A program made the translations under genes and the position numbers. Source: Dubosiella newyorkensis (GTDB taxonomy: Bacteria > Bacillota_I > Bacilli_A > Erysipelotrichales > Erysipelotrichaceae). From it: DNA of 32,000 nt. Shown one piece after another: positions 9,545 through 17,618 of this stretch (the first letter of the stretch is position 1; each line of letters opens with the position of its first letter). The DNA is taken from contig NZ_MPKA01000086.1 of the NCBI RefSeq assembly GCF_001945605.1, positions 60,001-92,000 of the forward strand, in the 5' to 3' direction. The notes below the pieces were generated by a model. It did not search any database, had not been told where the DNA came from, and was given only the letters and a program-made list of their open reading frames with translations.

Positions 9545-10027
9545 ATGAAGATCGAAATAGTTTTAGCTTATAGGCATCCACAAGATATACGTGCTCTATT
9601 TTCAGAATATACAAATCTGTTAATTGCGAATGATCGTTCGTTTCAGAAGTATCTTGATATTCAGCGCTATGAAGAAGAAATAAATCATTTAGAAAAAAAA
9701 TACGGTATGCCCTTTGGAAGATTGTATTTGGCGTATTGTGATGGAGAAGTTGCAGGTTGTATTGGATTGAAAGGTATAGATCAAAAGAACTGTGAAATGA
9801 AACGCCTTTATGTAAGACCACCATTTAGAGGAAAAAATATTGGCAAATTGCTTATACAAAAAATCATAACTGACGCAAAAGAAATTGGTTATTCTTATAT
9901 GTTGTTAGACACTCTTCCTTTTTTAGAAAAGGCGATTAATGTGTATAAACAATTTGGATTCTACACGATAGATTGTTATAACAACAGTCCTATGAGTACA
10001 TCGATCTACATGAGATTGGATTTATGA
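9545..10027 (+). CDS. GNAT family N-acetyltransferase
   Basis: 160 aa with 'RLYVRPPFRGKNIGKLLI' (RGxGxG-type CoA loop). AGGAGG lies upstream, and the gene starts 24 nt after marR. Confidence 0.85.
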   Translation: MKIEIVLAYRHPQDIRALFSEYTNLLIANDRSFQKYLDIQRYEEEINHLEKKYGMPFGRLYLAYCDGEVAGCIGLKGIDQKNCEMKRLYVRPPFRGKNIGKLLIQKIITDAKEIGYSYMLLDTLPFLEKAINVYKQFGFYTIDCYNNSPMSTSIYMRLDL

Positions 10028-10141
10028 TTTATATTCTATTTTTAGAAATTGCAGATTGAGCTGAATTCGTTAAATACGAGAGCGATACTCTTTTTTGAAT
10101 GTGAAATTGTTTTTAATTTTCAACCATTCACCGAACATTTG

Positions 10142-10175
10142 GGCACCATGGTAAACATCATGATGCCTTTTTTTT
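10142..10175 (+). terminator. Rho-independent terminator
   Basis: Stem ggcaccatg / catgatgcc (1 mismatch), an 8-nt loop, then 8 T. Confidence 0.55.
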
Positions 10176-10249
10176 GGAAACAAAAAAGAAGGAACCATTA
10201 TGATCAGCCCCCTGTCAAGTAGACACGGGAAATAATTTACTGGAGATCC

Positions 10250-10290
10250 GCCTCTTTAATAGCACTTGCTATTAAAGAGGCCTTTTTTTT
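10250..10290 (+). terminator. Strong rho-independent terminator (second in tandem)
   Basis: A 14-bp perfect stem gcctctttaatagc / gctattaaagaggc, a 4-nt loop, then 8 T. Confidence 0.65.
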
Positions 10291-10429
10291 ATCTATACCT
10301 TCCCAGTATTTTTTGATTCGTTTATTCTCTTTGATTGGATACAGTACCGGTTCATCGGTTGCTTTTTACAGCTTCTCTTACTTCAGATGCAGTAAGACCG
10401 TGAAAACGTTCTTGTGGATATTCATTCAT
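10291..10429 (-). pseudogene. Possible 5' remnant of a P-type cation ATPase gene
   Basis: The minus-strand reading 'MNEYPQERFHGLTASEVREAVKSNR*TGTVSNQRE*TNQKILGRY' resembles the 'GLTxxEV' N-terminal domain of cation ATPases. It is broken by stops and cut off at about 10291. Confidence 0.25.
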
Positions 10430-10538
10430 ATAATAGTGGATTTAGTATTAATGGTGCATCCCTTAAACCTCTGAAAATTCAAGTGGTAGAATGTCATAAG
10501 AAGAACAATTTGAATTCCAGAATGAGGAGGAATGAAAA

Positions 10539-10826
10539 ATGGCAAAACATTATGACAGAGAATTTAAAGAACAGGTGATTCAGTATGTACTCGATCATCC
10601 TGATCTTCCCTACACGCAGATCGCCAAACAGTTCGGAGTCCATGACACAACAATTGGAGGATGGGTAAAAAGCTATAAAGAGCATGACGATCAAGTCATT
10701 GTTCGAGGGTCTGGCAACTACAGCAGCGATGAAGCCAAAGAGATCGCTCATCTTAAAAAAGAGCTCAAAGACACGCAGGACGCACTGAATGTATTAAAAA
10801 AAGCGATCAGTATACTCGGCAAATAA
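10539..10826 (+). CDS. IS3-family transposase OrfA (HTH)
   Basis: 95 aa: 'YDREFKEQVIQYVLDH...IAKQFGVHDTTIGGWVKSYKE' plus a leucine-zipper-like tail. The slippery AAAAAAAG at 10796-10803 lies near its end. Confidence 0.85.
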   Translation: MAKHYDREFKEQVIQYVLDHPDLPYTQIAKQFGVHDTTIGGWVKSYKEHDDQVIVRGSGNYSSDEAKEIAHLKKELKDTQDALNVLKKAISILGK

Positions 10827-11641
10827 CAGCTCGTATCCTCTATCGATCGGTTCGGGAATACAAAGAGAAACATCCCAAAGCATCGGTAGCGGGTATACTG
10901 GCAAAACGGGATAAGAGCACTTCCGGCTACTACAAGCATTTGAGATCCAAACCATCCAAGACAAAAGTCCGGCGGGAAAAAACAAAAAAAGCAATCGTCA
11001 AGATCTACAACGATTCGCACCAGATCTATGGCTCTCCCAAGATTGCCGTGATCCTCCACAAGCATGGAATCCAAGGATGCCAGAAGTATGTCTATTCGAT
11101 CATGAAAGAAGCCAATATCAAACCGAAATATCTGAAACACAAGATAAAAACGACCATATCTAAAGGAAATGATCGAAAACTTCACAATCTTCTGAAAAGA
11201 CAATTCAATCCAAAAGATCTAGAGCGCGTATGGTGTACCGATATCACCTACATCTGGACAGAAGAAGGATTTGACTATCTGACCAGCGTGATGGATCTGT
11301 ATTCCAGAAAAATAGTCGGGTGGGTGATGACTCGAAATATGGAAGCCGCAAAAGTTCTGGAGTGTATAGAAATAGCCAAAAGAAGACGAGGAATCAAAAA
11401 GCCATTGGTGATCCACAGCGATCAAGGAGTGCAGTACACAAGCGAAGAATACAAAAACAAGACAGAAGGAATGGAAAGATCGTATTCGAGAAAAGGCAAT
11501 CCATGGGACAACGCCTGCATCGAAAGCTTTCATTCACTGATCAAGAGAGAATGGATCAACTTCTACCATTTCGAAACGATGAAAGAAGCGAAGAAAGCCG
11601 TATTCGAATATATAGAAGGATTCTACAATACGATCCGGATC
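10799..11641 (+). pseudogene. IS3-family transposase OrfB (DDE) reached by -1 frameshift, 3'-truncated
   Basis: I translated the -1 frame by hand and it is open from 10799. DDE landmarks are 'WCTDITY', 'VIHSDQGVQYTS' and 'NACIESFHSLIKRE'. The usual C-terminal tail is missing. Confidence 0.8.
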
Positions 11642-12444
11642 ATCAATGGAGCGTATATCAAAGAGGGAAATACTATCAAATATCGCCTTCCATATCATAT
11701 TTTGGTCGGAACACAAATGCTGGAATATGATCGATCTTTTTTAGGGGCCCGATTGTTCATGAACCAGTTCAATGGCAATTTGATCGTTTCTGGGGCTTTT
11801 GGGCTCTTTCAAAAGAAGGCTATCGTACAAGTGGGCAGCTATGCGCGAGATTCGCTAGGCGAAGATATGGAACTTGTCATGAAGCTCCATGCCTATTTTC
11901 GGCAAAATCAGCTTCCGTATACGATCGAATACGTGCCGCAAGCGGTATGCTGGACTCAAGTGCCGACTTCAGTCAAAAATATTTTCACCCAGCGAAGGCG
12001 GTGGCATGTTGGATTGATCCAATGCTTGAACAAGTATCGAAGAATGCTTTTTCGCTGCGCTTTGGTCCGCTTGGCTGGTTCTCGTACCCTTATTATTTGT
12101 TTTATGAATACTTGGCCCCGATCATTGAAGTGATCGGTGTTGTCGTGACTTTGTTGACACTTGTTATCAATATCATCAACATTCCGTATACGATCGTTTT
12201 TTTCTTTGTGTATTTTGTTTTTGGGATCATCATGGGCATCAGCGCTTTTTTAGCGAGGATCTATTCCCAGAACGTCTATCTTTCAAGACGCGATATTTTT
12301 CGAGCGATTGTTTTGGCTTTCGTGGAAGTGTTCTTCACCCAGTTCGTCATATTGTCCGCGAGGATCAGCGTGCTCTTCTTGATCTGCAAGAAAAAGCTAG
12401 AATGGGGAACGATCCAGCGCAACGGTTTTGGCGAAGAGCGATAA
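11642..12444 (+). pseudogene. Family-2 glycosyltransferase (PgaC/IcaA/cellulose-synthase-like), 3' part only, frameshifted
   Basis: 'GTQMLEYDRSF', 'VSGAFGLFQKK', 'GEDMEL' and the 'QRRRWHVG' (QxxRW) processive-GT2 motif. The frame switches in the T-run near 12045-12055 (..KYRRMLF | SLRFGPLGWFSYPYYLFYE..). The N-terminal catalytic half is absent. Confidence 0.75.
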
Positions 12445-12447
12445 GAT

Positions 12448-12475
12448 TTGCAAAATATACATTAAACTGTATAAT
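12448..12475 (+). promoter_or_regulatory. Sigma-A-type promoter of the yhfZ-like regulator gene
   Basis: TTGCAA (12448-12453), a 16-nt spacer, then TATAAT (12470-12475). The spacer contains AAATATACA. Confidence 0.5.
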
Positions 12476-12537
12476 AGAAGCCATAAAGGAACACGGTCAT
12501 CGCATCGGATTTGAACGACCGTAAATTGGGTGGACCT

Positions 12538-13461
12538 ATGGAGATTCATGATCTGTTATACAGCAAGAATGGGCTTTCAACGAAAATATTAGCCAAACGT
12601 ATGCTTTGTTTTGAGGAAGGAGAGAGGATCCCGACTGTCAGCGAATGGAACAAGGAGATCCATTTAGCAAGAGGCACCGTGCAAAACGCGCTCAAGCTCC
12701 TTCAAAGCTGCGGAGCTGTCGTTTTAGAGGCGCATGGACAATCAGGGACGCTGTTGAAAAAGAAGGATATGGCAAAGCTCTTAGAGATCTCGGGGATCAC
12801 GCAAATCTTAGGTGTGATGCCTTTGCCTTATTCAAAACGGTATGAAGGATTGGCGACTGGCTTGGTGGCGAATGTCGAAAATCGGTATGATATTCCTGTT
12901 TCGCTCGCTTTTATGCGCGGATCTAAAAATCGGGTATCTATGGTGCTTTGCGACCGGTACGATTTCGCGATCATTTCAAGATATGCCGCCGAAAAAATGA
13001 TTGAGGACGGTTTAGAAATCGAGATCGTCAAAAGCTTAGGGATGTTTTCCTATTTATCCAAGCATGTGCTAATGTTTCATGATCCGTATGTCGGCAGCAT
13101 AGAAGATGGGATGAAGATCGGTGTCGATGGCTCTTCGGTCGATCAAAAGAAGATGAGCGAGATCGCTTGCCGAAATAAATCGGTTCAGTACGTGGAAGTC
13201 GAATATACGCAAGTGGTGAAGAAAGTCATTTCTGGCGAAATCGACGCGGCCGTATGGAATATGGACGAAATCCAGGAAAAGCTTTACTCGATGAATTATA
13301 TTCCGCTCTCGATCGATGACGACAAAGATACCGAAGCGGTGATCGTCACCCATCGCACGCGTCAAGAAGTGGCGAAGATCCTGGATGATTTGATCCAGAC
13401 GGATTTTGTCCGCAAAAATCAGCAGCTCGTCATTGAGGGCAAGATGATCCCCAGTTATTGA
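12538..13461 (+). CDS. yhfZ: YhfZ-family regulator (GntR-like winged HTH + solute-binding-protein-like domain)
   Basis: 'IPTVSEWNKEIHLARGTVQNALKLLQSCGAV' is a GntR-type wHTH, followed by a ~220-aa periplasmic-binding-like domain. Gene context is the yhf/php set. I prefer the ATG at 12538 over the TTG at 12511. Confidence 0.8.
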   Translation: MEIHDLLYSKNGLSTKILAKRMLCFEEGERIPTVSEWNKEIHLARGTVQNALKLLQSCGAVVLEAHGQSGTLLKKKDMAKLLEISGITQILGVMPLPYSKRYEGLATGLVANVENRYDIPVSLAFMRGSKNRVSMVLCDRYDFAIISRYAAEKMIEDGLEIEIVKSLGMFSYLSKHVLMFHDPYVGSIEDGMKIGVDGSSVDQKKMSEIACRNKSVQYVEVEYTQVVKKVISGEIDAAVWNMDEIQEKLYSMNYIPLSIDDDKDTEAVIVTHRTRQEVAKILDDLIQTDFVRKNQQLVIEGKMIPSY

Positions 13462-13487
13462 GACAGGAATTCCTGTCTTTTTTTTTT
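13462..13487 (+). terminator. Rho-independent terminator of yhfZ
   Basis: The perfect 16-nt palindrome GACAGGAATTCCTGTC, followed by 10 T. Confidence 0.7.
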
Positions 13488-13500
13488 GGAAGCGCTAAAC

Positions 13501-13529
13501 TTGACATAGAAAGGGTATATCCTTATGAT
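13501..13529 (+). promoter_or_regulatory. Consensus-like promoter of the yhfY...thrE operon
   Basis: TTGACA (13501-13506), a 17-nt spacer, then TATGAT (13524-13529). Confidence 0.55.
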
Positions 13530-13547
13530 TTACCTGTAAATATAAAT

Positions 13548-13616
13548 TATTTTGTATATTTTAGAACGGAGAGAGAAAAGGAGGCTTTATTTTTTTTAAC
13601 ACAAATATACAAAATA
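13548..13616. promoter_or_regulatory. 14-bp inverted repeat pair in the operon leader (operator or RNA stem candidate)
   Basis: tattttgtatattt (13548-13561) pairs perfectly with aaatatacaaaata (13603-13616), with 41 nt between them. The AAATATACA core is also present in the yhfZ promoter. Confidence 0.35.
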
Positions 13617-13651
13617 TTATATATTGGTTATTTTATATGAAGGAGGTACCT

Positions 13652-13999
13652 ATGGATCATTTAGAACTTCTACAATCCTCAGGTTTGATCGCGCAAGAAA
13701 CATGCTTGAAAGCAAAAAAAGTCGAAATCGAGTGTATCCAACGTTTTGGAAACTCTGAAAAGACCGAAATGTTTATCACCCATTACGCTCTCGCCTTAGA
13801 ACGACATCAAAAAGGCGAAATTATTCCTGGACTTCAAAAAGAAGCCGTCGCTGAAATTTATAGTCATCCTGATCTCGAGGCTTGTCGTCAATTTTTAGAC
13901 GAGCTCGAATTACTGAGCGGATCGGATCTTTCTTCGATCGAAGAAGAATTCATCTTGATCCATCTTTTGAATCTCATCAACGAAAAAAACAATAAATAA
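13652..13999 (+). CDS. yhfY: YhfY-like PRD-domain-only protein
   Basis: About 115 aa and all-helical, matching the size and position of YhfY in the yhf/php set. AGGAGG lies 6 nt before the ATG at 13652. Confidence 0.7.
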   Translation: MDHLELLQSSGLIAQETCLKAKKVEIECIQRFGNSEKTEMFITHYALALERHQKGEIIPGLQKEAVAEIYSHPDLEACRQFLDELELLSGSDLSSIEEEFILIHLLNLINEKNNK

Positions 14000-14010
14000 G
14001 AGGAGTGCTT

Positions 14011-15333
14011 ATGTTCAACTATATCATTGCCGCATTGATCGGCGCGATGTCTGCCGTATTGGCAAACCGGAATATTGCCGTCTATAACGATGGCTTCCGA
14101 CCTGTCTATACAGAATATCTCAATGGAAATATGGACCGCAAAACTCTGGCCACTACTTCGTTTGCGGTCAGCATCGGTCTAGTCATCGGATTTGCTTTCA
14201 CGAATTCGATCGCGATGGGGATCGTCATCATCCATACATATTTATTGATGGGCGATATCATCGGAACATGGTTCCCGGACAATAAAAAAGGATTGATCCT
14301 TTCTGCAATCGTCGGGGCTCTGTGGGGAATCGCCGTCGTAACCTTCATGTCGTCGATCCAAGCCTTCTTCGCGATGTTCCCAGTCAACTTCCTGCCACAA
14401 CTTGCCGGCGTGGCGGACTATGTTGTCGCGACATTCGCTGTGTTCCCGGCATTGGTGGTCGCTTATCAAAATGGAGTCAAAAAAGGGATCATTACAGCAA
14501 TCGTGACATTGGTTGGCTATATGCTTGTCGCGCGCTTCGGTGTATTTCAGATCGGGGATTTCACGCTTGCTCTCAACGCGCCAGGTATGGCGATGCTGAT
14601 TGGCACGATCGTCATGATAGTCTTTGCCGTCAAGACAAAAACAGATGCGCAGGGCGCGGATCTTACGAATATTTTTAGCGCCAACATCGATGTGATCAAG
14701 AAAAACTGGTTCTATTTCGCGATCATGGGTGGACTTCTAGCGTGCGCGGCCTCGCAATGCTATTTGACGACAGATGTGATTTCGGGTCCTCTTGCGTTGA
14801 AAGGATCGTTTGCGGAAGCGGCTTTGGTCGCGATGGTCAGAGCGATCGGCTACATTCCTTTAGTGTATACGACAGCGATCGTTACAGGTGTCTTCTCGCC
14901 AGCCGGTTCTTATTTTAGTATCGCAGGTGGATTATTCGTAGCGGCCATGGGTCTAAGCATGCCAATGGAACCGATCGTAGCCTTCTTAGTTGGAGCGCTG
15001 ATCATGGGTTTAGAAATCGTTTTGCTTGGCACGATTGGAAGCTTGCTGGATAAATTCCCGGCCTTAAGAGAACTAGGCGATCATATTCGCGACGCGATGT
15101 CAAAGATCCTAGAGCTCGCCCTTCTAGTTGGAGGATTCACTTCGTCTTTTGCGATCATGAATGAAGTAGGCCTCGGCTCTCTTGGCCCGATGGCGGTCAT
15201 GATCATTTGGATGCTGAATAAATCGGCGAAAAAGCCGATGCTCATACCATTAGCCGTTGGTCCTGTTGTCGCGATCCTTTTAGGAATCGTCGCCAATTTG
15301 ATCAAGATCTTAGGTCTAGCTGTGATCGTATAA
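14011..15333 (+). CDS. yhfT: YhfT-like polytopic inner-membrane protein (putative transporter)
   Basis: 440 aa with about 12 hydrophobic segments, YhfT size and context. GAGGAG lies before the ATG at 14011. Confidence 0.8.
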   Translation: MFNYIIAALIGAMSAVLANRNIAVYNDGFRPVYTEYLNGNMDRKTLATTSFAVSIGLVIGFAFTNSIAMGIVIIHTYLLMGDIIGTWFPDNKKGLILSAIVGALWGIAVVTFMSSIQAFFAMFPVNFLPQLAGVADYVVATFAVFPALVVAYQNGVKKGIITAIVTLVGYMLVARFGVFQIGDFTLALNAPGMAMLIGTIVMIVFAVKTKTDAQGADLTNIFSANIDVIKKNWFYFAIMGGLLACAASQCYLTTDVISGPLALKGSFAEAALVAMVRAIGYIPLVYTTAIVTGVFSPAGSYFSIAGGLFVAAMGLSMPMEPIVAFLVGALIMGLEIVLLGTIGSLLDKFPALRELGDHIRDAMSKILELALLVGGFTSSFAIMNEVGLGSLGPMAVMIIWMLNKSAKKPMLIPLAVGPVVAILLGIVANLIKILGLAVIV

Positions 15334-15376
15334 AACAAGCTTAATGAAAAGAACAATAGAATAGGAGAAAAAAAAG

Positions 15377-15736
15377 ATGTTAAAAATCGTAGTAGGCGGT
15401 GCCTTGAATAAAAACGAAAACGCGGAATTGATCGAAAAATATGGAAATGGACAAGTCGAAGTCAAAGTCATGGGAGACTTGCAGGCAGCGATGGCTTTAA
15501 AAAACGGACAAGCCGATTATTATTTTGGATCTTGTCAAACTGGCGCTGGAGGCGCTTTGTCGATGGCGATCGCTCTGAATGGAATGAGCAAGTGCGTTCC
15601 AGTGGCGATGGTCGGAAAAGTGCTGAGCGATGAAGAAATCGAGCAAGCGATCAAGGATGGAAAAACGGCGTTTGGATTCGTACCTGAAGCGGCTGCTTCG
15701 GTGATTCCTGTGATCATGGATGTGCTGTTGAAATGA
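15377..15736 (+). CDS. yhfU: YhfU-like DUF2620 protein
   Basis: 119 aa and soluble, with the Gly-rich Cys loop 'GSCQTGAGGALSMAIAL'. Size and position next to yhfT fit YhfU. Confidence 0.75.
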   Translation: MLKIVVGGALNKNENAELIEKYGNGQVEVKVMGDLQAAMALKNGQADYYFGSCQTGAGGALSMAIALNGMSKCVPVAMVGKVLSDEEIEQAIKDGKTAFGFVPEAAASVIPVIMDVLLK

Positions 15737-16776
15737 GCCGGGTCAAAAATTACGCCAAAAAGACGCTTCTAGCAACACTTGATCCAGGGCATTCGATCGA
15801 TCATCTTTTCATGAACGCCCTGGATTCGATCGAAGAAGACAACGACATTCAATATATGGGTGTCAAAAATGTCCGCCAGATCCCCACCTCCTTCATTCAA
15901 ACGCTCATAGACAACGGGTTCGCGCTTCATACTTATGATGGCCACAGCCACAATGGTAGAGCCATCGATTACGCAAGGATCAATCCGATCACTGGAAAAT
16001 GGATGACAGGCTCTTCGAGCGGAAGCGCGATCAATGTCTTTTATGGCATCAACGATCTAGGGATCGGGACGGATGGTGGCGGATCGGTTCTAGCTCCCGC
16101 TCTTGCCGTCAACTGTTTTGGCTTTATTAGTCCACTACTGGCGGAAGAGAAGATGAAACGATTCACGAAAAAATCAACCGATGGGATCGAGTTTTATCCA
16201 TCGCTTGGCTTTATCTCGAACTCTTGGAAGACGATGGTCAAGGCGATCGAAGCCACTTTGCCACTTCCTAAAGCTCAAAAGCCGATCCTCCTTCACGCGC
16301 CAGAAGGCTTGATCGACTCTTTGCCAAAGGAAAGCAAAAATGTGCTACAAAAATCAGGATTGAAATTTGAAACAGTAAAGATACCATGTTTTGAAGATGA
16401 GAGGCAGCCAATGATCGAATTTTTATCCAAAGAGCTGCAAGAATGCGATGTGTTCTTGAACTTCGAAAACAAAGTCGATTTTTATGGACTTGGCGATAGC
16501 GTGCTTGGTCATTTTGATCAAGAAACAAAGGCGTTCCAAAACAAAAGTGGCAAAACGCTCATTCGTGTAGCCAATATGGTCAAAGCGACAGCCTTATGCG
16601 TTCCTGCTTTCGAGCTATCTAGCGGCTTTACTCTTTATTGTTCTTCCTCGCTTGAGAAGATCGCGGATCTATTGAAGATCGCAAACACTTTACGGGTGAA
16701 AGAAGACGAGCTGATCCAACGCTATTTTCGTGATACAGCTCCTTATTTTGAACAAGGTTTGATATGGAACCATTAG
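15733..16776 (+). CDS. Compact amidase-signature (AS) family protein
   Basis: 'TGSSSGSAINV' and 'GTDGGGSVLAPA' match the AS GGSS(G)GS / GTDxGGSxRxPA blocks, and 'GVKNV' is a candidate catalytic Lys. ATGA overlap with yhfU. Confidence 0.7.
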   Translation: MSRVKNYAKKTLLATLDPGHSIDHLFMNALDSIEEDNDIQYMGVKNVRQIPTSFIQTLIDNGFALHTYDGHSHNGRAIDYARINPITGKWMTGSSSGSAINVFYGINDLGIGTDGGGSVLAPALAVNCFGFISPLLAEEKMKRFTKKSTDGIEFYPSLGFISNSWKTMVKAIEATLPLPKAQKPILLHAPEGLIDSLPKESKNVLQKSGLKFETVKIPCFEDERQPMIEFLSKELQECDVFLNFENKVDFYGLGDSVLGHFDQETKAFQNKSGKTLIRVANMVKATALCVPAFELSSGFTLYCSSSLEKIADLLKIANTLRVKEDELIQRYFRDTAPYFEQGLIWNH

Positions 16777-17618
16777 AAGGGTATACATTGATGCATGAAC
16801 ATATGCATCTCGATCTATCTTACGTCAAGCACGATCCAGATACTTGTCTAGACTGCTTTGAACAAACACTAAAAGAACTGCAAGAACTCTACGCCAAAGG
16901 CGTGCGTCGGATTTTAGAAGTCAGCAATATCGGAATGGGGCGGGATCTTGCGTGGATCCAAAAGCTCGAAAAACGATCGGGAATCCAGATCGTGACTTCT
17001 ACCGGATTTTATAAAGAGCCATTTCTTCCAGATCTAAGCGTGGAGGAAATGGCGGCCTTGATGATCGAGGATCTAAAGAGTCAAAAAGCGCAAGTCATTG
17101 GCGAAATTGGAACATCGTATCAAAAATGGAAAGAACAAGAACGCAAAGTGTTCGAGGCAGCCGTTTTGGCGCATCAAGAAACAGGCGCGCTGATCACGAC
17201 GCATACGACCTTAGGAACGCTTGGTCTTGAACAAGCGCGCTATTTGATCGAGAACGGTGTGGATCCAGATCGGATCATCATTGGACATATGGATCTGAGC
17301 AACGATTTGCATACGATCTTAGACGTGCTCGCTCTTGGTGTCAATATTGGATTCGATACGATCGGGAAAACGAATTACTTGCTGGATGAAAGGCGTGTCG
17401 AGCTTCTTTGCGAGCTCGAGAAAAGAGGGCTGATCGATCATGTCGTTCTTTCGATGGATATCACGCGTAAAACGCAGCTCAAAGATTTTAAAGGAAAGGG
17501 ATACGCCTATTTGCTCGATACGTTCGTGCCATTGCTTAGAAAGGCGAATATGAAGGAAACATCGATCCAACAGATGCTCAAACAAACACCAAACCGTTTA
17601 TTAGGAGGTAAGCTATGA
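16764..17618 (+). CDS. php: Phosphotriesterase-homology protein (Php; amidohydrolase superfamily)
   Basis: 'GYTLMHEHMHLDL' is the HxH metal site. 284 aa, a PTE/Php-like TIM-barrel length, with 'GEIGTS' and 'IIGHMD' blocks. Confidence 0.88.
   Translation: MEPLEGYTLMHEHMHLDLSYVKHDPDTCLDCFEQTLKELQELYAKGVRRILEVSNIGMGRDLAWIQKLEKRSGIQIVTSTGFYKEPFLPDLSVEEMAALMIEDLKSQKAQVIGEIGTSYQKWKEQERKVFEAAVLAHQETGALITTHTTLGTLGLEQARYLIENGVDPDRIIIGHMDLSNDLHTILDVLALGVNIGFDTIGKTNYLLDERRVELLCELEKRGLIDHVVLSMDITRKTQLKDFKGKGYAYLLDTFVPLLRKANMKETSIQQMLKQTPNRLLGGKL

Larger units (their letters stand above)
10437..11641 (+). mobile_element. IS3-family insertion sequence, left end intact, right end (last ~25 codons + IRR) missing
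   Basis: A TG-initiated left end, orfA, the A7G slippery site and a DDE orfB in the -1 frame. Homology stops after '...FEYIEGFYNTIRI', where a GT2 reading continues in the same frame. Confidence 0.85.

Noticed and set aside
10200-10235. 11-codon ORF (MISPLSSRHGK) between the two tandem terminators as a leader peptide
   Set aside because: Nothing downstream could be regulated by it, because the next element is a terminator and then an opposite-strand remnant. It is more likely a fragment of lost sequence.
10748-11203. 151-aa minus-strand ORF inside the IS3 element
   Set aside because: It is antisense to the transposase orfA/orfB junction. IS3 elements are not known to need such a gene, and there are no translation signals.
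13458-13640. 60-aa + strand ORF in the yhfZ-yhfY intergenic region
   Set aside because: It would have to be read through a perfect terminator hairpin, a 10-T run and the operon promoter. It is an AT-rich chance frame with no RBS.
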